Positions 1 to 37,625 of a DNA stretch of 64,000 bases are shown piece by piece (the first letter of the stretch is position 1; each line of letters opens with the position of its first letter). Below the pieces are notes generated by a model. It did no database searches. It had not been told where the DNA came from and worked only from the letters and a program-made list of their open reading frames with translations. This DNA comes from Callorhinchus milii. Its lineage: Eukaryota. The stretch is taken from positions 43,154,001-43,218,000 of the forward strand of contig NW_024704743.1 in the NCBI RefSeq assembly GCF_018977255.1, in the 5' to 3' direction. A program made the translations under genes and the position numbers.

Positions 1-3000
1 CGCTGTGTGTGTGTGTGTGAGAGAGATGGCACAGTGTGTGTGTGTGTGAGAGATGGCACAGTGTGTGAGTGTGAGAGAGATGGCACAGTGTGTGTGTGAG
101 AGATGGCACAGTGTGTGTGTGTGTGAGAGAGATGGCACAGTGTGTGTGTGTGTGAGATATGGCACAGTGTGTGAGTGAGAGAGAGATGGCACAGTGTGTG
201 TGAGAGAGATGGCACAGTGTGTGAGTGAGAGATGGCACAGTGTGTGTGAGTGAGAGATGGCACAGTGTGTGTGAGAGATGGCACAGTGTGTGTGAGAGAT
301 GGCACAGTGTGTGTGAGTGAGAGATGGCACAGTGTGTGTGTGAGAGAGATGGCACAGTGTGTGTGAGAGAGATGGCACAGTGTGTGTGTGTGTGTGAGAT
401 GGCACAGTGTGTGTGAGAGATGGCACAGTGTGTGTGAGTGAGAGATGGCACAGTGTGTGTGTGAGAGAGATGGCACAGTGTGTGTCAGAGAGATGGCACA
501 GTGTGTGTGAGAGAGATGGCACAGTGTGTGTGTGTGTGTGTGAGATGGCACAGTGTGTGTGTGAGAGATGGCACAGTGTGTGTGAGAGAGATGGCACAGT
601 GTGTGTGTGAGAGATGGCACAGTGTGTGTGTGAGAGATGGCACTGTGTGTGTGTGAGAGATGGCACAGTGTGTGTGTGAGAGAGATGGCACAGTGTGTGT
701 GTGTGAGATGGCACAGTGTGTGTGTGTGTGAGAGAGATGGCACAGTGTGTGTGTGTGGAGAGAGATGGCACAGTGTGTGTGTGAGAGAGATGGCACAGTG
801 TGTGTGTGTGTGTGAGAGATGGCACAGTGTGTGTGTGTGGGAGAGAGATGGCACAGTGGTGATGTGTGGAGAGAGATGGCACAGTGTGTGTGTGTGAGAG
901 ATGGCACAGTGTGTGTGTGTGTGTGAGATGGCACAGTGTGTGTGTGAGAGATGGCACAGTGTGTGTGAGAGAGATGGCACTGTGTGTGTGAGAGATGGCA
1001 CAGTGTGTGTGTGTGTGAGAGATGGCACTGTGTGTGTGTGAGAGATGGCACAGTGTGTGAGAGATGGCACAGTGTGTGTGTGAGAGAGAGATGGCACAGT
1101 GTGTGTGTGAGAGAGATGGCACAGTGTGTGAGAGATGGCACAGTGTGTGTGTGAGAGATGGCACAGTGTGTGTGTGTGAGAGAGATGGCACAGTGTGTGT
1201 GTGAGAGAGAGATGGCACAGTGTGTGTGTGAGAGAGATGGCACAGTGTGTGAGAGATGGCACAGTGTGTGTGTGAGAGATGGCACAGTGTGTGTGTGTGA
1301 GAGAGATGGCAACAGTGTGTGTGTGTGTGTGAGATGGCACTGTGTGTGTGTGTGTGAGAGAGATGGCACAGTGTGTGTGTGTGTGAGAGATGGCACAGTG
1401 TGTGAGTGAGAGAGAGATGGCACAGTGTGTGTGTGAGAGATGGCACAGTGTGTGAGTGAGAGATGGCACAGTGTGTGTGTGTGTGAGAGAGATGGCACTG
1501 TGTGTGAGTGAGAGAGAGATGGCACAGTGTGTGTGTGAGAGATGGCACAGTGTGTGTGTGTGTGAGAGAGATGGCACAGTGTGTGTGTGTGTGAGAGATG
1601 GCACAGTGTGTGAGTGAGAGAGAGAGATGGCACAGTGTGTGTGAGAGAGATGGCACAGTGTGTGTGTGAGATGGCACAGTGTGTGTGTGAGAGAGATGGC
1701 ACTGTGTGTGTGTGAGAGAGATGGCACAGTGTGTGTGTGTGAGAGATGGCACAGTGTGTGTGTGTGAGAGATGGCACAGTGTGTGTGTGTGAGAGAGATG
1801 GCACTGTGTGTGTGTGTGAGATGGCACAGTGTGTGTGAGAGAGATGGCACAGTGCGTGTGAGAGAGATGGCACAGTGTGTGTGTGTGAGATGGCACAGTG
1901 TGTGTGTGAGAGAGATGGCACTGTGTGTGTGTGTGAGATGGCACAGTGTGTGTGTGTGTGAGAGATGGCACAGTGTGTGTGTGAGAGATGGCACAGTGTG
2001 TGTGTGTGAGAGAGATGGCACTGTGTGTGTGAGAGATGGCACAGTGTGTGTGTGTGAGAGAGATGGCACAGTGTGTGTGTGTGAGAGAGATGGCACAGTG
2101 TGTGTGTGTGAGAGAGATGGCACTGTGTGTGAGAGATGGCACAGTGTGAGTGTGAGAGATGGCACAGTGTGTGTGTGTGTGTGAGAGATGGCACAGTGTG
2201 AGTGAGAGAGAGATGGCACAGTGTGTGAGTGAGAGATGGCACAGTGTGTGAGTGAGAGAGAGAGATGGCACAGTGTGCGTGAGAGATGGCACAGTGTGTG
2301 TGTGAGAGATGGCACAGTGTGTGTGTGTGAGATGGCACAGTGTGTGTGTGTGAGAGATGGCACAGTGTGTGTGAGAGAGATGGCACAGTGTGTGTGTGTG
2401 AGATGGCACAGTGTGTGTGTGGGAGAGAGATGGCACAGTGTGTGTGTGAGAGATGGCACAGTGTGTGTGTGTGTGAGATGGCACAGTGTGTGTGTGTGAG
2501 AGATGGCACAGTGTGTGTGTGTGAGATGGCACTGTGTGTGTGTGAGAGATGGCACAGTGTGTGTGTGAGAGAGATGGCACAGTGTGTGTGTGTGAGAGAG
2601 ATGGCACTGTGTGTGTGAGAGATGGCACAGTGTGTGTGTGTGAGAGAGATGGCACAGTGTGTGTGTGTGAGAGAGATGGCACAGTGTGTGTGTGAGATGG
2701 CACAGTGTGTGTGTGTGAGAGAGATGGCACAGTGTGTGAGAGATGGCACAGTGTGTGTGTGAGAGAGATGGCACAGTGTGTGTGTGTGTGAGAGAGATGG
2801 CACAGTGTGTGTGTGAGAGAGAGATGGCACATTGTGTGTGTGAGAGATGGCACAGTGTGTGTGTGAGATGGCACAGTGTGTGTGTGTGAGAGAGATGGCA
2901 CAGTGTGTGAGAGATGGCACAGTGTGTGTGTGAGAGAGATGGCACAGTGTGTGTGTGTGTGAGAGATGGCACTGTGTGTGTGTGAGAGATGGCACAGTGT

Positions 3001-5297
3001 GTGTGAGAGAGATGGCACAGTGTGTGTGAGAGAGATGGCACAGTGTGTGTGTGAGATGGCACAGTGTGTGTGTGTGAGATGGCACTGTGTGTGTGTGTGT
3101 GAGATGGAGATGGCACAGTGTGTGTGTGTGCGAGAGAGAGATGGCACAGTGTGTGTGTGTGCGAGAGAGAGATGGCACAGTGTGTGTGTGCGAGAGAGAG
3201 ATGGCATAGTGTGTTTGTGTGTGAGAGAGATGGCACAGTGTGTGTGCGAGAGAGAGATGGCACAGTGTGTGTGTGTGCGAGAGAGATGGCACAGTGTGTG
3301 TGTGTGCGAGAGAGATGGCACAGTGTGTTTGTGTGCGAGAGAGATGGCACAGTGTGTGTGCGAGAGAGAGATGGCACAGTGTGTGTGTGTGCGAGAGAGA
3401 GAGATGGCACTGTGTGTGAGAGATGGCACAGTGTGTGTGAGAGATGGCACAGTGTGTTTGTGTGCGAGAGAGAGATGGCACTGTGTGTGAGAGATGGCAC
3501 AGTGTGTGTGTGAGAGATGGCACTGTGTGTGTGAGAGATGGCACAGTGTGTGTGAGAGAGATGGCACTGTGTGTGTGTGTGAGAGATGGCACAGTGTGTG
3601 AGAGATGGCACAGTGTGTGTGAGAGATGGCACAGTGTGTGTGTGTGCGAGAGAGAGATGGCACAGTGTGTGTGTGCGAGAGAGAGATGGCACAGTGTGTG
3701 TGCGAGAGATGGCACAGTGTGTGTGTGTGCGAGAGAGAGATGGCACAGTGTGTGTGCGAGAGATGGCACAGTGTGTGTGAGAGATGGCACAGTGTGTGTG
3801 TGTGAGAGATGGCACAGTGTGTGTGAGTGAGAGATGGCACAGTGTGTGTGTGTGTGAGAGATGGCACAGTGTGTGAGTGAGAGAGATGGCACAGTGTGTG
3901 AGTGAGAGAGATGGCACAGTGTGTGAGAGATGGCACAGTGTGTGAGTGAGAGATGGCACAGTGTGTGTGTGAGATGGCACAGTGTGTGTGAGAGAGATGG
4001 CACAGTGTGTGAGTGAGAGATGGCACAGTGTGTGTGTGTGTGAGAGATGGCACTGTGTGTGTGCGCGAGAGAGAGATGGCACAGTGTGTGTGTGTGTGAG
4101 AGATGGCACAGTGTGTGTGCGAGAGAGAGATGGCACTGTGTGTGTGTGCGAGAGATGGCACAGTGTGTGTGAGAGATGGCACAGTGTGTGCGAGAGATGG
4201 CACAGTGTGTGTGTGTGAGAGATGGCACAGTGTGTGAGTGAGAGAGATGGCACAGTGTGTGAGTGAGAGATGGCACAGTGTGTGAGTGAGAGATGGCACA
4301 GTATGTGTGTGTGTGTGAGAGATGGCACTGTGTGTGTGTGAGAGAGATGGCACAGTGTGTGTGTGTGAGATGGCACAGTGTGTGTGAGAGAGATGGCACA
4401 GTGTGTGTGTGAGATGGCACAGTGTGTGTGTGTGAGATGGCACAGTGTGTGTGTGTGAGATGGCACAGTGTGTGTGTGAGATGGCACAGTGTGTGTGAGA
4501 GAGATGGCACAGTGTGTGTGAGAGAGATGGCACAGTGTGTGTGTGTGTGAGATGGCACATTGTGTGTGTGTGTGAGAGAGATGGCACAGTGTGTGTGTGT
4601 GAGATGGCACAGTGTGTGTGTGTGAGATGGCACAGTGTGTGTGTGAGAGATGGCACTGTGTGTGTGAGAGATGGCACAGTGTGTGTGTGAGAGATGGCAC
4701 AGTGTGTGTGTGAGAGATGGCACAGTGTGTGTGTGAGAGATGGCACAGTGTGTGTGTGTGAGAGATGGCACAGTGTGTGTGAGAGAGATGGCACAGTGTG
4801 TGTGCGAGAGAGAGATGGCACTGTGTGTGTGCGAGAGAGAGATGGCACAGTGTGTGTGTGTGAGAGAGATGGCACAGTGTGTGTGTGTGCGAGAGAGATG
4901 GCACAGTGTGTGTGTGCGAGAGAGAGATGGCACAGTGTGTGCGTGTGCGAGAGAGAGATGGCTCTGCGTGTGGGAGAGAGAGATGGCACAGTGTGTGTGT
5001 GGGAGAGAGAGATGGCACAGTGTGTGTGTGGGAGAGAGAGATGGCACAGTGTGTGTGTGTGCGAGAGAGATGGCACAGTGTGTGTGTGTGAGAGATGGCA
5101 CAGTGTGTGTGTGCGAGAGAGATGGCACATTGTGTGTGCGAGAGAGAGATGGCACAGTGTGTGTGTGTGCGAGAGAGAGATGGCACAGTGTGTGTGAGAG
5201 AGAAATGGCACAATATGTGTACATGAGAGAGAGCAATGGCACTGTGTGTGTGTAAGAGAGAGATGGCACAATGTGTGTGCGTGTGAGAGAGGGCACA

Positions 5298-5331
<34 letters not shown>

Positions 5332-5505
5332 TGGCACAGTGTGTGAGTGAGGCCTCAGTGTGTGTGAGCGAGAGAGGGCACAGTGTGTGTGAGCGAGAGA
5401 GGGCACAGTGTGTGTGAGCGAGAGAGGGCACAGTGTGTGTGAGCGAAAGAGGGCACTGTCTGTGAGTGAGAGAGGGCACAGTGTGTGTGTGAGGGCACAG
5501 TGTAC
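1..5505. repeat. Compound satellite, unit ~(GA)1-5-TGGCACA-(GT)3-9, roughly 20-28 bp, on the order of 200+ copies; continues off the window start; in ZCCHC2 intron 1
   Basis: GAGATGGCACAGTGTGTGT repeats continuously with variable dinucleotide run lengths; the core drifts to GAGGGCACAG after ~5280. Confidence 0.98.
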
Positions 5506-5539
5506 TATATTTGTGAGAAAATGGGGGCACAGTGGGTGT

Positions 5540-6125
5540 CAGAGGCCGTGGGTTGTCTGCCTGCACGCGTGAGAGGGCGCGGGTTGTGAGTGCGCCCGTG
5601 GGAGGGCGAGGGTTGTGAGCGCGCCCTTGGGAGGGCGAGGGTTGTGTGCGTGCGTGTGAGAGGACGCGGGTTGTCTGCCTGCACGAGTGAGAGGACGCAG
5701 GTTGTGAGCGCACCCGCAAGAGGGCGAGGGTCGTCTGCGTGCACGCTTGCGAGCGAGGGTGCAGGTTGTCTGCGCACTCGTGAGAGGGCTCGGGTTGTCT
5801 GCATGCATGAGAGGGCGCGGGTTGTCTGCGCACGCGTGAGAGGACGTGGGTTGTCTGCCTGCACACGTGAGAGGGCGCAAGTTGTCTGCGCACGCGTGAG
5901 AGGATGCAGGTTTTCTGCTTGCACACGTGAGAGGGCGCAGGTCATCTGCACGCGCGTGAGAGGGTGCGGGTTGTGCGCGCGCGCGTGAGAGGGTGCGGGT
6001 TGTGCGCGCGCGCGTGAGAGGTTGCGGGTTGTCTGCACGGGCATGGGTTTATGGTGTGCGTGTGAGGGTGAATGTGTGTGAGAGGGCACGGTGTGTGTAT
6101 GAGAGGGCACAGTTGTGTGAGTGCC
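5540..6125. repeat. CpG-rich ~30 bp minisatellite (GAGAGGGCGCGGGTTGTCTGCGCACGCGT-like) adjoining the satellite
   Basis: Repeated GAGAGGG/GAGAGGA...GGTTGTCTGC units at about 26-32 bp spacing. Confidence 0.9.
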
Positions 6126-6770
6126 TGTCCACTGGCACTATTCCACCCCCTTAAAAAACGCTGTCATCGCCCCCACCTCAAGAAACCTTCCTTTAACCCA
6201 TCTCTCGTCTCTAACTGCAATCTCATTTTTAACCTCCCGTTTCTCTCCAGGGTCCTAGAACGAGTCGTTGCTTTGCTGCGTCTCCTGCCACTCCCATGTA
6301 TGAACGCCTCCGTTGGGTTTCCATGGTGCCCATAATTATGGAGTCGGCCTTACTCAAAGTTACAAATAACATTCTGTCCATTTGTGACTCCTCATCCTTC
6401 TCGATCTCTCCACCGCCTTCGATATTGTCAGCCACTCTATTCTTCTCTTCCGCCTATCCTCTCAGCTCGGTTTTCATGGTCCTGTCCTTCCTCGTCTTGT
6501 TCCTATTTTTTCCATTGTCTACAATTTGTTTTCACCAACGGTCGGCAAGTGCTGCATTCCCCAGGGATCTGTCCTTGACCCTCTTCTTTGTAATATCTAC
6601 ATGCTCCCGCTCGGAGATATCATTCATAAACATGGTTCCACATGTATGCGGATAATACCGAACTCTATGCCTCCACCCTCGACTCCACCACCACTGCTGT
6701 CCTGACAGAGTGTCAGTCATAAATTCCTGGATGAGGCTAATTTACTCAAGCCGAATATCAACAAAAACAA
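6125..6770 (+). mobile_element. Degenerate L2-clade LINE ORF2 (RT-region) fragment
   Basis: Broken frames give LKKPSFNP..NLPFLSRVLERVVA and ESALLKVTNNIL, typical of L2/CR1-group RT domains. Confidence 0.65.
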
Positions 6771-9254
6771 GTGAATTTATGTTGTTCATACAGGGAAAGC
6801 TCCAACTTTTAATACCAATTCATATCAAACCTATATGTAGAGACAAGCTGCAAAGCACATTTGAGAAATATATTGTTTAATGAGGATGGTTGTTTGTTTG
6901 TAAGCTATATTGTGTAAGAACGAGAAGATGCTCAAACAGTATATTTAAAGAAAATTAATTTGTAGTAAATCTAACCTTTGGGATTAAAGACCTTTTACAT
7001 TTTTGTCAGCGATGACCATATAGTAGATTTAGGAATAATTTGTATTGTTATTTGGAAGAGATTTAGCGGTTTGGACATCTTTGTAAGATCAGAAAGGTGA
7101 ATTAATGCTATTTTGATTGACAGTACCAAAGTTATTCACAAAGGTGCTGCTTGAGTGAAACATTGTGTTGGCCAGAGATTTTGAACTTGAAGGTGAATTG
7201 GCCCTTAAACAGCATAAGTAGTGAAATAATATAATTGATCTCCATCAACAAAGTTATTTGAAACCACTGCATCTTCCATCAAGAGTGGTTGCAATTCCAG
7301 TGAGGTGATTTCAACTTCTAAAAGATGAGAATCTCAACAATGTAGAGACATTTTTGGGGGATTGAGTATGATTAAGGAAACGATATTGGTAGCAGCAGAG
7401 AAACTATATTAGGTCTACCAAATCAGATGTTGAATCAAGACTTAAATGGAATGATGATGCCTGTCAATGGCCAAACAAGGAAACTGCAGAAAGTTAGCAA
7501 TTTTGATGAGTAGGTGGGAGATTTTGAGTCTTATTCTGGATTGTTGTTGGGTAAATATCTTAAATTATCATAGGAAAAATAATAAATCAGGAACTACGGT
7601 AGAACCCTGTTACAGCAACAACAGCTTGCATTTATATTGCATCTTCTATGCAGAACAGCATCTCATAGCGCGGAGCTTGACTCTGGCGGGGAGGAGGTGG
7701 CCGTAAGCACGGTCGAAGAGGAAGGTTTTCAGGCGGGACTTGGAAAGGGGCAGAGAGGGGACAAGGCGGAGGGATTGAGGGAGAGTGTTCCAGAGTTTTG
7801 GGGCTTAGTGGCAGAAACCTGATAACACAGATTTATTTAGAACGCAATTGGGGTATGCACTTTCCTTAAAACACAAAATGCTCACAGAAAGTCAATTGGA
7901 TTTGTGATGAGGTAAATTAAGGCATTCTGAATTCTTTAAAAAAAAGTACACTACAGATTTACAAATCTTCAAATTAATTTACTCGATTGGATTAACCTCA
8001 TCTATAGGAGGCACTTAGAATAATACAGTGACGCACTTCTTTTTCTATCTTTTTAATAAGTAGAACAGTAATAAGTGGAAAAGGCCAAGTGAGAATCTCT
8101 TGCTTCACGTGGAAAAGGCCCTCGATTGGCATGGATTTTCCTGAGATCTATGCTCGATTTGAAGGAATTTGGGGAAATGAATGTTACTTTCACGGTCACT
8201 CATCATGAAGTTAATGAACTACAATCATCATTGGTTGAGCTGTCTAGGAATATAAGAGGGATGCCGCTGGTCTCTTCTGCTGTTTTTATTATTTGTAATT
8301 TAATAGAAACATTGACAATATCTTTCATTTTTCTTGCATAAATAAATGCCTTAAAATATTTGACACAATATGTCATTGGAAATGATAACTAATCTGTATC
8401 CATTATAAAGATATTTGCAGGATCAGAGCTGGTTGAAGTGAATACAATATTTCTTTATGTGGAGTGCCTTGTCCCAATCATGTCTTAATAGTGTTTGATG
8501 ATTTAGCTCTCCATTGGACTCTGAAATGAACTACAGCAAGTGAAACGCCACGGCTGTTCAAGATTTATTCCATTCCATTTCAAAATAACTAGTGTCGGCA
8601 TTCAGTAAGTAAGGGTAACGATCCCACAAGACCTGCTTGTGTTAGGACAATTCCCCCATCCCCCTCATGAAGGGCGATCAGTAAGGACTTGGATAGGGCT
8701 TTTTCCTTTTCAAAAGCAATTTTTTTTGTTTGTCTTAAAGGCGCCTGCTCCACATCTCTGCCTAGTTTTAGAGGTGTGGATCAATGGATCTCTCTCAATT
8801 TATGTAGGAGGGAAAAACATCAAATCTTAAAATAATCAGGAAGCCTAACAGCAAATTAGAAATGAATTTTCTGTACGCGGTTGGGCAAAGAAGGTCTCAC
8901 AATACAACATAACTCCTAATGAGTATTTGGTTCTTAGACTATTTACTCTTTTCCTAGTCTTGGTCGGATGTCAAGTCTTGGTCCACTGTCTAGTTACACA
9001 GAATGAGTACCAATTGTTTGCTCTTTCCTGCTTTCAGCATCTTCTGCCAAAACTACAAATGGCTTTTTCCTACCTGATTTAAAACTTTCTGGGATTACGT
9101 GAGCAGGATATGTCCCTTTAGGGAAGAGTGTAGGCACTCCATTCCATATAATTGGAAATTTTCATACATATGCAGAACTCTGTTTAGTTTGAATACTCTT
9201 AAGCATAATGGTGATGGGTTTCCTCAAGGCTGACCAAAAAAAGGGCGGTGGGGG

Positions 9255-9475
9255 GGCATTGCATTGTCAGAGATACCTTCCTTCAAATGAGATGTTAAAC
9301 CTGGGTCCCGTCTGCCTGTTCAGATGGACTGTAAAGATCCCTTTTGCACGTTTCGAAAAGTGAAGGTTCTCTCAGTGTCCTGGCCAACAATCCCCCAAAT
9401 AAACTTGGCCATTCCCTTCATTACTGTTTGTGGGACATTTTTGTGTGTGAATTGACTGTGTGTGGCTACAAATAC
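9255..9475 (+). mobile_element. Old Deu-domain SINE fragment (SacSINE1/AmnSINE-like)
   Basis: GAGATGTTAAAC..CCCGTCTGCC..AAAGATCCC..GTCCTGGCCAACA..CTGTTTGTGGGAC, also present at ~22130-22530 and ~51600-51830. Confidence 0.6.
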
Positions 9476-9478
9476 ACA

Positions 9479-9655
9479 AGATTTCTAAAGGATAGAGGAT
9501 TAGATTTCTAAAGGATAGAGGGATTAAGCGATATGGGATAGGGCGGGTAAATGGAATTAGGTTAGAATGATTTTATTAAATGGCGGGGCAGGCTTGAGGG
9601 GCCGAATGGCCAGTATAACATCTCCTGCTCCTACGTCTTATGGTCTTATGGTCTA
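9479..9655 (+). mobile_element. CR1 LINE 3' end
   Basis: GGGATTAAG..ATATGGGATAGGGCGGGTAAATGGAATTAGGTTAGA matches 31433-31480; ends in (TCTTATGG)-type tail. Confidence 0.75.
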
Positions 9656-10195
9656 AGTCGTTACAATGTACTTTGCAGTAATTCCTGTGAAGTGTTTGAA
9701 ATGCATTAACGTGATAAGGAGCTATATCAAATTCAAGAATTATTATAATGTTGAACTTTCCTTTTAACTGGAAAACTAGAATTTCTTTACTCTTGACCAG
9801 TCGTCGTGATGTTGAAGGTTGTGTTGACGAAGGGGCAGTGAAGTGAGGCAAGAGACATTTATGCTGAATGGCAGTGTCCTTTCACTTCTGGGATGAAGTC
9901 CAAAACACAATGATGGAATGAAAGTTTCCACTCTGTTGGCATTAAAGATCCTATTGAGCAAACTCAATCCTGTTGCTCACAGCACTGAACAGTTCAGTTT
10001 GGCACAAATTCCAGGAAGCTGTCAGCTGTGCTTAGGGGCCTTTACATTTCCATGGTTGGGGTTAATGAAAAAAAACATAGAGCTTTATCATGCTGAAGCT
10101 TTCAAAGTGATTTGCAGTAATTATTGTCAAGTGTAGTAACTGTTTTCTAAGATCTCACACAGTCATGAGTGAAGACCAATTTGTCTGGAGGATTA

Positions 10196-10399
10196 CAGTC
10201 ATGGATTGAGTGACCATATTATTATTATTTTGGAGATATTATCCCTGAAAAGTGATCTGCCAATCGATTAACGAACGGGTTCCTACTTACTGCTCGGCAA
10301 ACAGGCGTGTGTGTGCAGTAAGGAAACTTGCCTAAGGTTTTGCCCTGTCCCGCCCGGGAATCGAGCCCAGGTCCTTTTGCTTGCGAGGCGAGTGCTCTA
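10196..10399 (-). mobile_element. tRNA-derived SINE (long subtype), 5' part
   Basis: Reverse complement of the GGAGTCCTGTAGCTCAATGGTTAGAGCACTCGCCTCGCAAGC head shared with other copies. Confidence 0.85.
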
Positions 10400-10908
10400 A
10401 CCATTGAGCTACAGGACTCCACGCGATCTAGCGCCTTATCACTCTTCGAGATGTTTCAAAGCACTTCACAGAATATACTATATTTTGTGGGCGAAATGCA
10501 CAAAATCCTAAATCAACTTGAAGGCCACGTGTTGACCTTCAAATAATTCAATGTTCTTCTCCTTCCATACATTGTGCAATTTTCTCCTGCCCATAATGTT
10601 CTTCTGTTTCTGGGTCTACTGCTCATTCCTCGCGCCCTCCATTCTGCCATCGATGTCATTCAGTCGGTGTGCACTTTCTCCAAAAATCTCTTTGCCTTCT
10701 TACTTTCAAAAGTTTTAAAATTGTTCTCTTCAACTGTGCTGTAAATATTCCATCCTTTTCTCCGTGTTCAGGATCCCCAATGTCTCCGCTCAGTGTTTTG
10801 AGTTGTTTGATTGTAGCATGGGTACAATTTTCCTCTTATTTGAAGAGGGTTAGCCTTGTTTGGGTTTGGAAATTACATTGGATAACTTTGTTTTTGTGTT
10901 CTGTGAAG

Positions 10909-35447
<24,539 letters not shown>

Positions 35448-37625
35448 GCTAGGAAAATGTCAACTTAGCAATGAGCCTGAATGTGTGGGTCTGACCCGAC
35501 CCATTGTACTTGATGCTCTGTTTCTCCTGCAAAATGGTTTTCTCCAGTCGATTGGGATTAGTACATGTTCACTGTAGTCTGGGTTGTCTTGAACTTTTTG
35601 TGGCATTTTGTTTCATTTAGGAATGTGTCTGACATTGTTTGTCTGCAGTGTTCATGATGCAAACGGAGAAGTCCTGTGATGTGGAAATGCTTACAATTTG
35701 TGTCCTCTAGTTTTGCACTGATGAATGTACTGTTCCAAGTGGCATGTGCAATGTTTGCTGTTTATAACACATGGGAGAGTTTGAGAACCATCACATCTAA
35801 TAAGGACACGCTGGGCTGGAATGAGCAGACTTGCTGCCGAATAAAAATGCTACATCACACATCATGGTACAACTCATATCCCAAACTACATCATTTTGTC
35901 CTTTATTTTAAACTGCTGCCATTCTCCCCATTTTCCCTTGGTTGGTGTTGTAACCATTGGAACAAGTAATTACATGAAGTTAAAATATTTCTGTTTGGCA
36001 TACAGTAGTCCATTCATTTTCTTTAAAGAGCTGAAGGGTACATTTAGAAAGTAATTCCTTCTCATGGATTGGGGGGAAAAAAAACTTCGTAAAATTTGAG
36101 TGCCTGTATTAACCTAGATGAAAAGTGGCAGAGAAAAAAAAAAGTTCAGAAAGATTAGACTGGTTAGATTTCTGTAGACCTTAAGAGAAGAGTATTCAAA
36201 TATTTTCTTTAGAGCAGCTGATTATCTTGGTTACTATAATTTTGACACCAATATTTATAATGGAAGTTTAAATTTGAAGAATGTGTATTTTATTTTTGTC
36301 TTTGAAGAAAAACATTGATGAGTAGTCACAGCCATTTCTGTCAACCATCTTTAAACCTTTAAATAAACTTGCATTGGAAACTACTTGATTTTGTTTTTTT
36401 AAAAAAAACTTCTAAGCTCAAACTGCAATTATGGCAGTGGTTACATGTGTTTTAGAATGTGAAGCAAGTTTATTTTACTCGTGTAGCTGTTCGCAAAGGT
36501 TATGGGGCTCCATGATGAAAAACCTGTTCAGTTAGATATTTATTATATGTAGGGTAATTTCTGTAGATTTGACCTGGTAGTGAATTCACCAATTCACAAC
36601 TATTTGCCACTACTATAATGTGAAGACTGACGCCTGATATCTAGATGGTATTAATCATGTCAGCGCTATCACTAATTTATGCTGCTGCTTTTTTTTAAAA
36701 AAAGCCGATATGCACTATTTTTGCTTCCAGGTATATTTCTTTCCTAAAAGCGCACTGAGGTTATTCACAAGATGATGGCAGTTTGGAGTGTGTTGCATTC
36801 TACAGCATAGGGTGACTGAATTAGTGCTGTCTAGTCTTAACCCTTGACATTCCTTATACTGGGAATATATGGAGCTGTGTTATTGGCAAGCAGCAGTCTG
36901 CATCTGTAAATGTGTACAGTCCTGCCTCGAGTTGGTTAATGTATTTTGTTGACTTGAAAAGAAGTGACTGTCATTTTGTTTTTAGGCGTTCAAAAGCCTT
37001 TGTCTGTCTTAAAAGCCCTTGAGTTATCAAAAAAGTTTAAAAAAAAATGTAAAAATTGCAGCAGATTCTACCTGTTGATCATTAATCCAAATGAGCTGCT
37101 TTCTGACTAGCTGGGAATTTGTATGAGTTGACAACATTTTCTTATTGTGTGTAAGAAATTCTTGCTGACAATAAATAGGCCTTCAATGCCTCCTATATGA
37201 ATCGTAAGAATTCAGTTACTTTCAAACGTTTGGAGGACAAAGCTTTAAGAGTGGCATTTATTTTCCTTAAAGCGCATTTCCTTTACCATGTTTTTGGGGT
37301 GACCAGTTGTATACAAAACAGGTGTCTCAGTACAATTGTGCTACTTAGTTAAATAGACGTAAGTTGGTGAACCACACGAGCCTGTAAGACAATGTGTTGT
37401 AAATAACCTGACGATTGTATTTGAACTAATTTTATGGTTGAAAACTGTACTGTATATAGGAGGTACACTGGTACCTTCAGTTCATACATATGTTTACTGT
37501 ATTCTTTGATATTCAAGATGTTATGTACTGGAAAGGTCACTTATATTTCTAGAAGAAATTTTGGATTTTATGCAAGTTTTTTCCCCCTGAATTAACAGCA
37601 ATAAAAATTATACAAACCTTTTCAT
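35448..37625 (+). other. ZCCHC2: ZCCHC2 3'UTR; distal poly(A) signal AATAAA at 37600-37605
   Basis: ~2.2 kb AT-rich stretch with no recognisable SINE/LINE copies after the stop codon, ending at AATAAA followed by a T-rich tract. Confidence 0.65.

Noticed and set aside
1..5505. CRISPR-like repeat-spacer appearance
   Set aside because: The 'spacers' are only GT/GA dinucleotide runs, the context is a vertebrate intron, and there are no cas genes
485..5926. 1813 aa minus-strand ORF and the many overlapping plus-strand ORFs (HTHCAIS/CVRDG repeats)
   Set aside because: Translation of the satellite; the CA/CT-rich strand rarely forms stop codons, and there is no coding signature
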